This document shows positions 52,315 through 60,838 of a stretch of 64,000 nt of DNA, in pieces (positions within the stretch are counted from its first letter, which is position 1; each line of letters starts with the position of its first letter). Origin of the DNA: Minisyncoccota bacterium. GTDB lineage: Bacteria > Patescibacteriota > Minisyncoccia > Phycocordibacterales > UBA918. Under the pieces are notes generated by a model that was given only the letters and a program-made list of their open reading frames with translations, was not told the DNA's origin and did not search any database. The stretch spans positions 164,850 through 228,849 of the forward strand of contig JAJOLD010000001.1 of assembly GCA_021129515.1 (NCBI GenBank), given 5' to 3'. Made by a program: the position numbers and the translations under genes.

Positions 52315-52395
52315 TCTTACAGAAGCAGTATACCTTTTGGACATTCTTCATAATATCTCAAAAGGTCTTGCAAAAGTGCTTTGGCACTTTCTCAC
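52315..52395 (-). mobile_element. Module alpha copy (inverted)
   Basis: Reverse complement: gtgagaaagtgc-caaa-gcacttttgcaaga-ccttttg..caaaagg-tatactgcttctgtaaga. Confidence 0.65.
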
Positions 52396-52409
52396 CCAGA
52401 CTGTTTAAG

Positions 52410-52449
52410 TCCAAAACCAGCGGCCGTGGTTCGAGTCCACGTGGGCCCG
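52410..52449 (+). pseudogene. 3' half of a divergent tRNA-Trp
   Basis: tccaaaaccagcggc-cgtgg-ttcgagt-ccacg-tgggcccg; T-stem differs from the resident gene but pairs fully. Confidence 0.8.
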
Positions 52450-53127
52450 CTATCAGAAAATACCCAGCTTTTGCTGGGTATTTTCTTTTACCCGAAGTTA
52501 AGTTTCAGAACTTTTTATTGTATTTTTTATTTTTTTATTGCATAGTTGAAATCAACCTGGGTACAAGTATGTGTTTGGAGTACTCCTGCTCATTACTCTA
52601 CTTTTCGTCAAGTTCAAGTGACGGTAACAAACCGCTTTCCCTTTCTGGGTGAGCGGTGTTTTTATACAACCAACTCCTGCAATATTTGAATGTTTGATTT
52701 GATATACTCCCTTTCTTTATACAGTTCTGAAAGCCACGTTTCTTGCCCGAAAAGAATTTGTATATTTTTGCTATACCTACATGCAAAAATACAAATTCTC
52801 GGGCAGGTAATTCTTATGAATGTAATGAATTAGAATTGGACGCCGAGTCCTCACGAACAAATCCTTTACCAAGAATCTTGCGCCGCCCGAGCAAACTGCT
52901 TTGCTTTTACTCGAGCGGGAGCCGCAGACAGATTTCTGGCTTCTGACATAGAGCCAGAAACAGTCGAGACGGGGTCGAGAGTACTTAGTGCTCACAACTA
53001 GCGAAGCGAATGAAAACACTTAGTCACTCGTGACCGCAATGAAATATTTAATAGTTACTGGTTATTTTTATGTACCCTACGTTTAAGTTCAGAACCTTCA
53101 TCAGCACTGTAGAGTTACAAAACCTAT

Positions 53128-53635
53128 ATGCAAATCATTTTATTTAGAGGGCGACCTGGTGTTGGAAAAACAACACCAACTAACGCATTTATAAAAAAGC
53201 ACCCTTACTTTCTCATTCGTAAGGACGACTTGTATGACGTAGCATCAGAGGTGCTCACTGAGCATCATGCCAGAAACAAAATCGCCTATGATGGCCTTTA
53301 TACACTGTTAGCAAGTAATGTGATGTACTCTAAGAGTGATTTTAGATTATCCGTTCCAGCACGATGGAGACATACACATCATGAGAAACTGGTGTCATCA
53401 AAACAATGTTGTTTTTAAATCAATTTTGGTGACCTGCTCTGACACACACGTTTGGTCAGAACGGCTAGCTGCCAGGTCTACAAACCCCAAACCAAATCAG
53501 TTGGTAACTGACTATGATGCATTTGAAAAAATGTACGGCACGATGCAGCTTGAAGCAGACACTGGTGAACTGGTTGTCGACAGCATACACCCAATTGAAA
53601 CAATCATACAGCAGGTTCGTAGTTTTGTGGCATAA
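53128..53635 (+). pseudogene. P-loop (AAA_33-like) kinase, frameshifted near 53325-53340
   Basis: GRPGVGKTT in ORF 53128-53418; VILD..RLAAR continues in ORF 53336-53635. Confidence 0.75.
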
Positions 53636-53764
53636 GCATCAATCGATACAAACTGTAGTGAGACCTGAACGCTGGATTTGATACACTCCCGCTCCTCATG
53701 CAATTCTGAAAGCCACATTTTTTGCTCGAGAGTTGAAAATATGAAGTTGCTGAGACATTCCCTA

Positions 53765-54139
53765 TTAACACTTCAATGTATTCCACCCACCCGTCTGTAA
53801 GAAGGATTGGTCAACAAGCATAGAGAGGATAGTGTCAATAATAAGCCATGCAGCAAGCATAATGATGAACCCTATCAGCACATTTGAAAAAATACCCTTC
53901 CCTTTCTGTATTTGGCTCATATTACCAGCAGCCGTAATCATCAAAAAACCTGCCCATGCAAATGCGATGCCAGCAAGTACTGTCGAGAATTTAATAATGA
54001 AGGTCAACATACGGTCAACCAATTCAAGCAGGTGACAAAAGTTACAATTTACTCCATTACACGGTACTAATTGTGCAAATGCCAAAGTAGGCACCAAGTA
54101 CCCTACCACCATTAAGATTGTCAACATGTAGAATCTCAT
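53765..54139 (-). CDS. CPR-type pilin-like protein
   Basis: Signal peptide, LVPC..CNFCHLLEL, AWAGFLMITAAGN..KGKGIFSNVLIGFIIMLAAWLII. Confidence 0.8.
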   Translation of the reverse strand: MRFYMLTILMVVGYLVPTLAFAQLVPCNGVNCNFCHLLELVDRMLTFIIKFSTVLAGIAFAWAGFLMITAAGNMSQIQKGKGIFSNVLIGFIIMLAAWLIIDTILSMLVDQSFLQTGGWNTLKC

Positions 54140-54248
54140 GCCTCAATAGTAGCACACCTTTTCTATCCACTTTCATACTTCAGTGAGTTATGGTACGGTA
54201 TACCCTGCGTTTTGTATTGCAATTTATGCAGAATACAGTTTCACACAT

Positions 54249-54594
54249 GCGTCGGTGGCAGAGTGAGAAAGCGTGGGACGCTTTCGCAAGACCTTGCCCG
54301 ATATTTTTTGAGGCGAATGCCGACAGTAAAATATCGACAAGGTGTACAGCGTCTGTAAGACGGAAAGGATGTCGGGACACTCTTCTAAGAAAAAGCGTTC
54401 TAACAAAAGAATAATTATGCGTCGGTGGCAGAGTGGATGAGAAGTGAACTACTTCACTTCTCATCTGGTCTTCGAGCGAATGCGAGAAGATTGGTCGTTA
54501 TGAGTATTTGCGCAGCTTATACGAATAGACCAAAGGAGGAAACGCGGTCGAACGCCCGCCAGAGAAAATGCGTTCTTACTAAAATCGGATACTT
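54249..54594 (+). repeat. Two tandem ~170-nt units, each starting with the tRNA-Tyr 5' end
   Basis: gcgtcggtggcagagtg at 54249, 54419 and 54595 (intact gene); spacers are hairpin-rich. Confidence 0.85.
54263..54360 (+). mobile_element. Module alpha copy at the D-loop of a tRNA-Tyr fragment
   Basis: gtgagaaagcgt-ggg-acgctttcgcaaga-ccttg..caagg-tgtacagcgtctgtaaga. Confidence 0.65.
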
Positions 54595-54678
54595 GCGTCG
54601 GTGGCAGAGTGGTCAATTGCATCAGACTGTAAATCTGACGGGCTTCGCCCTACGCTGGTTCAAATCCAGCCCGGCGCA
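54595..54678 (+). tRNA. tRNA-Tyr(GTA)
   Basis: TCAGA-CTGTAAA-TCTGA anticodon arm, variable arm, GCTGG-TTCAAAT-CCAGC. Confidence 0.97.
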
Positions 54679-54783
54679 CAAATAAAAACACCCCGGATGG
54701 GGTGTTTTTATTTGTGCGCCGGGAGCACGTGACCTGCGTCACGTGCGGCTGGATTTGAAAGGAATTCATATATTTTTCCTACT

Positions 54784-54846
54784 TCTTATAGAAGCAGTAC
54801 ACCTTTGTAAACAAAGGTCTTGCGAAAGTCTCCAAGACTTTTTCAC
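54784..54846 (-). mobile_element. Module alpha copy (inverted) flanked by CCTAC direct repeats
   Basis: Reverse complement: gtgaaaaagtc-ttgga-gactttcgcaaga-cctttgt-tt-acaaagg-tgtactgcttctataaga; CCTAC at 54778 and 54846. Confidence 0.7.
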
Positions 54847-55036
54847 CTACATGGAAAAATATGAATTCCCGGGCAGGTAACTCTTGAGAGCGTAAGCGAA
54901 CTAGAGTTGGACGCCAAATTCAGTCCCTATACTCACTCCCCTATCTAGCTGACAAACTCCAAAATCAGTCCTGCGTTTTTCAAAACAATGTAATAAAGAA
55001 ACCGCCCGACAGCGCAGGCGGCTCTCGGGCGTCATT

Positions 55037-55640
55037 TTAGTTTTCTCCTTGTTTCATGAGAACAGTAACTGCTTCGTATGCTTTTGGACACTCGTCGCGC
55101 ACCACAGATAGAAATACCTCAATCAGCAGATCTAGATTGCGTGCCATACCAGCTGCAACTCTTGGAGATATGCAGTGGGAGTAGTCGTCAAACAAGGACC
55201 ACGACACATCTTCCCAGGGTATTTGCTTGTCCGCCTCTTCGAGAGCAGCCGCATAGACATCAAAATGCGTTCGGTGGTCAGCTTTGATAAGAGGAGAGAT
55301 GGTTCCCAAAGGGCGATTTCTCCGTTGAAACCAACGTCGATATCCCAACCTTGCCTGCAACTAAGATCTACACGCCGTACGGTAAGCCGGATTCCCCAAG
55401 CACTAACGCCCTTGTCCTTGAGTGTATCCTCGAACAACCACGCTTTGATGGTAAGCAAATTAGGGGCTTCTTGGCACCGCAAATCATCGCAACCGGACTC
55501 TCACTCAAAGAGCTATGGCAAAACCGACACAGTGATGATATCGATTTCCGCACCCACATCGTGAGAAATACGTTACTCTGGTGCGCTGCGATACTCTAGT
55601 TCTGGGGATTTTGGCTTGTCATATTCCCTTCCATTTCATA
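55037..55640 (-). pseudogene. Degraded hypothetical gene
   Basis: Overlapping minus-strand ORF pieces with several stops and a frameshift; no family recognised. Confidence 0.35.
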
Positions 55641-55773
55641 CTTCATGTATAACTTTCTCATATAGCAGTTGATGTCTTTCATTAGCTGCTATTCTTATTG
55701 AAACACGCTACAATACTGACCCTATACCAAAGGGTTGTAGAGCATGTGTGTAGAGGGAGTCTCTGACCACACC

Positions 55774-55817
55774 TAAATTATCCGACTAATTAAGTACTTA
55801 ATTAGTCGGATAATTTA
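55774..55817. repeat. Perfect 44-bp palindrome with no spacer
   Basis: taaattatccgactaattaagt|acttaattagtcggataattta. Confidence 0.9.
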
Positions 55818-55874
55818 AGTCTTGTAGGATTTTGAAATAATGCACACTCACAAACAGTACTATATACTGTACCC

Positions 55875-56786
55875 ATGCATGGTATGAACACCAACATAAT
55901 CACACGATTTGTCACTCCGCTCTTTCTAGCGCTGGCGTTCTTATTGCCACACGCTTCTTTTGCATACACTCCGTATGAGACACAGTATCGAGCACAGCTG
56001 ATAGCAACCATACAACTCCTCCAACAACAGATTCAGGCACTTCAAGCCATCGTTGATGCACGCAATGAAGTAGCGCCTGCAACCAGCCGAAGTCATGTTG
56101 GACGGAGTACTGATCGAGTTGCTGATGTTGATTTTTATGATGGAGACTACCGCGCAATTTACAAAGTCCAGTCCTATAGCGATATTGACCTCATACATGG
56201 ACGTACAGGCTCATATGATGACATCATGTGGGATCGCTTGGTTGCTATTGCAAGTGCAGACTTCATTGAAGACTATGTGCGTGAATTTAGAACATACAAT
56301 GATGCTGATGCACCGCATGATGCGTTTGTATATCGATATAATACCGAAGCATGGGTGTTTGCTATAAATCTTCATATCATCACACCGATGCAGACACACA
56401 CCGACTATGAACGACTTCGTGACTTATTACTCCATGAATTTGCCCATATTTTGTTTACCGAAGAGTATCAATGGGCTGAAGAACAGTTTGCTGACATTTT
56501 TTGGGACGCAGGCGACTATCGACATGCAAAAAAGGTAGCTGCAGAAACGGACAATGACGAGCGATGGGATAGACTCGACAACTACTATAAAAAAAATGAG
56601 GACGAATTTGTATCTGCTTATGCTACCTCTAACTATCACGAGGATGTGGCAGAAACGTTTGTACACTTTGTGCTCAGAAATAGACCACAGAGCGATGACC
56701 GTATAGAAGAAAAAATAGACTTCATGTATGACATTGATGGACTCCGTGAGTTACGCAAGGACATACGAGATGATTTGGATATATAG
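55875..56786 (+). CDS. Secreted putative zinc metallopeptidase
   Basis: Signal peptide, LLHEFAHI (HExxH), FVSAYATSNYHEDVAETF. Confidence 0.85.
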   Translation: MHGMNTNIITRFVTPLFLALAFLLPHASFAYTPYETQYRAQLIATIQLLQQQIQALQAIVDARNEVAPATSRSHVGRSTDRVADVDFYDGDYRAIYKVQSYSDIDLIHGRTGSYDDIMWDRLVAIASADFIEDYVREFRTYNDADAPHDAFVYRYNTEAWVFAINLHIITPMQTHTDYERLRDLLLHEFAHILFTEEYQWAEEQFADIFWDAGDYRHAKKVAAETDNDERWDRLDNYYKKNEDEFVSAYATSNYHEDVAETFVHFVLRNRPQSDDRIEEKIDFMYDIDGLRELRKDIRDDLDI

Positions 56787-56852
56787 CTGCACCCGTATTC
56801 TGTTTAAGGCATAGTACGTCTATAGATTTTGCTCTTTTGGAGGAGATATACA

Positions 56853-57302
56853 ATGGCTAAAAGCACACGTTCCCGAGTTGTACTCGTAACCCGATGCTTC
56901 GTTGTAAGGAAAAAGAAAATCCTCGTAATGCAGAGGGCGAAAAATGACACATATCTTCCTGGAAAGTCGGAGTGTCCGGGTGGAAAACTGGACCCTGAGC
57001 AAACGCTCACTAATGCATTCGTGAGAGAGATGTTGGAAGAGACGGGACTGTACGTCAATCTGGTCACGTCTCACACACTCATTCATGATGAGATTGTTAC
57101 AAAAGGAAAACATAAGCGTTTAGCATACCTGGTCTTTTTCAGTGTTGGTGTTATACAGGCTGGAACATTACATCGAAACGACGAACATGATGCCGCAAAA
57201 TTCGTGAATTATAACAAACTCTTAAAGCTAGACTTAACATATGAGTCTGAATTAGCAGCAACATTGCTCAAAAAACAAATTTGCGACACGATGCGCTCGT
57301 AA
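56853..57302 (+). CDS. NUDIX hydrolase
   Basis: PGGKLDPEQTLTNAFVREMLEETGL Nudix box. Confidence 0.9.
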   Translation: MAKSTRSRVVLVTRCFVVRKKKILVMQRAKNDTYLPGKSECPGGKLDPEQTLTNAFVREMLEETGLYVNLVTSHTLIHDEIVTKGKHKRLAYLVFFSVGVIQAGTLHRNDEHDAAKFVNYNKLLKLDLTYESELAATLLKKQICDTMRS

Positions 57303-57359
57303 TTACAAACAAATTGGCTGCCCCCTGTGGGCAGTTTTTTTATTTGCTATACTCACTCC

Positions 57360-58181
57360 ATGTCATCATTTCCGCCATATGCGACTATTGAAAAATATAT
57401 TGGGGAGACTCCTCTTGAGGCTTCTAAGCGGTTGCGTGAGAATTTGCACATCCCCAAAAACATACCGCTTGCGTACGCTGGCAGACTCGACCCGATGGCA
57501 TCGGGCACGCTTCTCATACTCATTGGTGACGAGTGCAAACGGCAAACCGAGTATCACTCGCTCGACAAGACCTATACATTTGAAATACTCTTTGGTGCGC
57601 AGTCAGATACTGGCGATGTTCTAGGATTAGTACAACCATGTAGTACTGACACTGGCATTGCTGCACATGCTTTGCAAAAAACACTTCGTACCCTATGCGG
57701 AAATATCGAACTCTCCTATCCACACTTTTCCTCAAAGACAGTGAACGGAAAACCCCTGCATACATGGACACTTGAAGGGAGACTCAGTGAAATCGATATC
57801 CCAACCAAGCAGTCGACGATATATGTACTAACACTTTTAGAACTTCGTACCGTTTCCGCAAAGGAGGTAGAAGCATATGTGATGGAGAAAATAGAGACAC
57901 CAACGACTGTAACTGCTGATTCGAAGAAACTTGGTGCGAACTTCAGACGCGATGACGTGCGCGCTTCTTGGAAGACCTTTTTTAAAACCGCTGAGCATAC
58001 TGAGTTTCAGATAGCGGGCATACGCTGTACTGCGTCATCGGGTACCTATATGCGCTCGCTTGCGGAAGAAATAGCGGAGCGGTTCGGAACCTGTGGGCTT
58101 GCATACAGCATCCACCGTACTACCATCGGTAGGTATCAAAAAATATTTGGGGATGTTGGGTTTTGGAGGAAGAAGTTCTAA
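57360..58181 (+). CDS. truB: tRNA pseudouridine(55) synthase TruB-like
   Basis: YAGRLDPMASG, SSGTYMRSLA. Confidence 0.85.
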   Translation: MSSFPPYATIEKYIGETPLEASKRLRENLHIPKNIPLAYAGRLDPMASGTLLILIGDECKRQTEYHSLDKTYTFEILFGAQSDTGDVLGLVQPCSTDTGIAAHALQKTLRTLCGNIELSYPHFSSKTVNGKPLHTWTLEGRLSEIDIPTKQSTIYVLTLLELRTVSAKEVEAYVMEKIETPTTVTADSKKLGANFRRDDVRASWKTFFKTAEHTEFQIAGIRCTASSGTYMRSLAEEIAERFGTCGLAYSIHRTTIGRYQKIFGDVGFWRKKF

Positions 58182-58240
58182 ACTCAGCATACAACGGTCA
58201 TCGGGTGAGCTATGGTCGTACCGCAACCGATGACCTCACT

Positions 58241-58268
58241 GAAATCCTGAATCAGGTTCAGGATGACA
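58241..58268. repeat. REP-like palindrome, copy 4
   Basis: gaaatcctgaatcaggttcaggatgaca. Confidence 0.65.
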
Positions 58269-58379
58269 ACCACCCAAAACATGTTTCAAAAGTGTTCAGA
58301 TTCGCAGTGAGATATGCTGGGAGCACTGTTACACCTAAACAGCTCCTGTAAGGAGGCAAGCAAGTACTTCTTGAGTGCA

Positions 58380-60341
58380 TCAGAATGAATGATATTTTTT
58401 GAGATACTCATCAACCGTAATCACAAACTCCGCATGACTCCACACAAGTGGTGCCGTTGAGAGGTGCGCGCCGGTATGTGGGTGAATTTGTTCCGGCAAT
58501 ACGCCACTGATACCCGCCCTATCAATCACCCAGCGCATAATGGCATGCGCTTCATGCAAGTCTTGCACACTGGTTGCTGCCTTAATACGATACTGTGCAA
58601 TCCAAAGTGTAGTGATGATCCATGCATTTGGAGGTTCTGTACTACTGGTTCGATAGTATGCATCTTCCTGATAGCGCATATATCCTCCTAATGAAGTCGG
58701 CACATGGAGCGCTGCATGGACTGCCTCAAAGGTTTTTTTCACACGCATGTCGTGCGGCAAGAGTATTTCAAAATACAGCACCCCATGCAAACTACTGATG
58801 TCGATGGTTTTGTCGTACTCAAGACGATCACCATCATGCCGCACCAACTTCACAAATGCACCTAATTGGGGATCATACAAGTGTCCAAGAATACCTTCAC
58901 GGATACGTTCTGCGCTGGTACGGTATCGCTTTGCATTGGCACGCTTTCCCAGCAATGCTGAAATTTCTGCTGCCGCATTGAGCGCGCCACAGACCGCAGC
59001 GGCGGTATAGGTGGACGTACCATATTTCTCCTCCCAGAGATCGTACGAACTCTTTGGAAGACCGGTGTCTGGCTCAATATGGCGACACATAAACTCTGCA
59101 GCGGGTTCTACAAACTTGTTATACATTGATTCTAGGAACTCAAGGTCATGCGCAAGCTCGTAATGTTTCCAGAGCACATACACCACTAGTGCCGTTTCAT
59201 CTTCTTGAATCGGGAGTTCGGGCTTGCCATTATGCATCCATGGATGCCAGGAGCTCCCGAGCACGCCATCGACACGATACTTATGCATAAGGTAGCCGTC
59301 AGCCTCGAGCTTGTCTGCCATAAATTCAAAAAATCGTTGCGTGGTATCGACATAGCCAGCTCTATCAAGTGCATTGGCATTGATTGCTGCATCACGCGGC
59401 CATACGTAGCTATAGGTATCGCGACCTTGGTTCAACATGTCTGAATCACTCGACGCAATAATGCCTCCTCGATTATCTGCATGCACTCGAATAATGGCGA
59501 GCGATTGTGTATACAACTGCTCAATATCTTTTTCTAATGGGGCAAACGACCGAGATTCTTTTGCTGCCCATGCTTTCCAATAGTTTTCGGTTGAACGCAC
59601 CAGCTGTTCTGGTGTTTCTGCAAGTACATAGGCATTGAGCGCATGCGCGTCTGAGATAGAGGTACCTGCCGCAATCCAATAGTGAATCACCTTTTTTTCA
59701 CGACTCCCCATAGCGAGGTCCACACCAATGACCGAATCAACTGAACCGTGTTCAATGGGGTTTTTAGAGAGGACACCATCTTCTGCATCAGCATAGGTGC
59801 CACGCTTCCCCTCGATACCAAAAATACCAATACTATATTCGGTAAATTGTGCACCATCGACACAGGCATTGATGAGAAATGCATCGTGCCCTTTGTAGTG
59901 CACGACGGCATTGACACGCGGGTCATAAAAGGCTGTGTCACCGCGTCGTGATTCAGATATACGAAATTCCTGCCCAAAAAATACCCGGATAGTGCGGTCA
60001 ATGTCGGATTCATTGATAACTACGATGGAGCGAATGAAGATATCTTTTTCGTTATGCACCACATCAGTACACTGCAGCGATATCCCGAGCGCATGATTCG
60101 ACGCAACAATATTACTCGCTGCAGAGGTATCGCTCGCGCGCACCTCAACCGTCCACGAGTCATCAGAAATCCATGCAAAGACGCCATCAACCCACACACC
60201 AATACGGTGCTTGTATGATCCACTTGCCCCACTGACGTGGTTTGCATGTCCTGCATAGGGAAAATAAAAATCACGAACCTGACCATGATAGTCAAGCCCA
60301 ATGAGTAAGTTGCCGTTTCCTATGGTGACTGCTTTTGACAT
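58380..60341 (-). CDS. Glycoside hydrolase family 15 (glucoamylase-like)
   Basis: YSYVWPRDA, SYDLWEE, LPEQ, PLVWSHAEF. Confidence 0.92.
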   Translation of the reverse strand: MSKAVTIGNGNLLIGLDYHGQVRDFYFPYAGHANHVSGASGSYKHRIGVWVDGVFAWISDDSWTVEVRASDTSAASNIVASNHALGISLQCTDVVHNEKDIFIRSIVVINESDIDRTIRVFFGQEFRISESRRGDTAFYDPRVNAVVHYKGHDAFLINACVDGAQFTEYSIGIFGIEGKRGTYADAEDGVLSKNPIEHGSVDSVIGVDLAMGSREKKVIHYWIAAGTSISDAHALNAYVLAETPEQLVRSTENYWKAWAAKESRSFAPLEKDIEQLYTQSLAIIRVHADNRGGIIASSDSDMLNQGRDTYSYVWPRDAAINANALDRAGYVDTTQRFFEFMADKLEADGYLMHKYRVDGVLGSSWHPWMHNGKPELPIQEDETALVVYVLWKHYELAHDLEFLESMYNKFVEPAAEFMCRHIEPDTGLPKSSYDLWEEKYGTSTYTAAAVCGALNAAAEISALLGKRANAKRYRTSAERIREGILGHLYDPQLGAFVKLVRHDGDRLEYDKTIDISSLHGVLYFEILLPHDMRVKKTFEAVHAALHVPTSLGGYMRYQEDAYYRTSSTEPPNAWIITTLWIAQYRIKAATSVQDLHEAHAIMRWVIDRAGISGVLPEQIHPHTGAHLSTAPLVWSHAEFVITVDEYLKKYHSF

Positions 60342-60353
60342 ATGAGAAAACAA

Positions 60354-60821
60354 TTACACGTCGTAGTAGCGCAGATGCCGCACCACAACAGTACGTGCCG
60401 ATGATGGCTTGCGTGACCGCCGCAGCGCCGCCCCGAGCTCAATATCATCAAGTACCGACTCTACCCAATCGGCAAAGTCATTTTTTTCTTTAGTGACATG
60501 GTATGCGTAGACCTCGTCCATCATATTCGCAAGTGAGTCACGAAGGTCAGTCAGTGACGCAAGAATTTGACCATCGGTTGTCCAGAAACAGTGTTCGCCG
60601 TTTGCACATACCAACACACGCTTCCCTGCCTGCGTGCCCGCGCGCGCCGTGCTCTTGGGAGCGGTTTTTGCCGCTTTCCGGCTGGCAGTTTTCTTTTTAG
60701 AAGTAGATTTTGTGCGTGTCTTTTTCTTGCTGACACGAGCAGCCTTTGCTGCTTTTACAGCTACTTTTTTAGCAACTCTCTTTTTCGCAGAAGCTTTTTT
60801 TGTTGTTTTTTTCAATGGCAT
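60354..60821 (-). CDS. Small protein with Lys-rich N-terminal tail and DUF5752-like domain
   Basis: KKTTKKASAKK tail; FWTTDG..YHVTKEKNDFADWVESVL. Confidence 0.7.
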   Translation of the reverse strand: MPLKKTTKKASAKKRVAKKVAVKAAKAARVSKKKTRTKSTSKKKTASRKAAKTAPKSTARAGTQAGKRVLVCANGEHCFWTTDGQILASLTDLRDSLANMMDEVYAYHVTKEKNDFADWVESVLDDIELGAALRRSRKPSSARTVVVRHLRYYDV

Positions 60822-60838
60822 AAGAACGTAATGAACTG

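Noticed and set aside
52209-52652. 147-aa ORF across tRNA-Trp
   Set aside because: Reads through the tRNA and repeats; spurious.
54249-54612. CRISPR array
   Set aside because: Repeats are tRNA 5' ends, spacers are ~150 nt and structured, and no cas genes are present.
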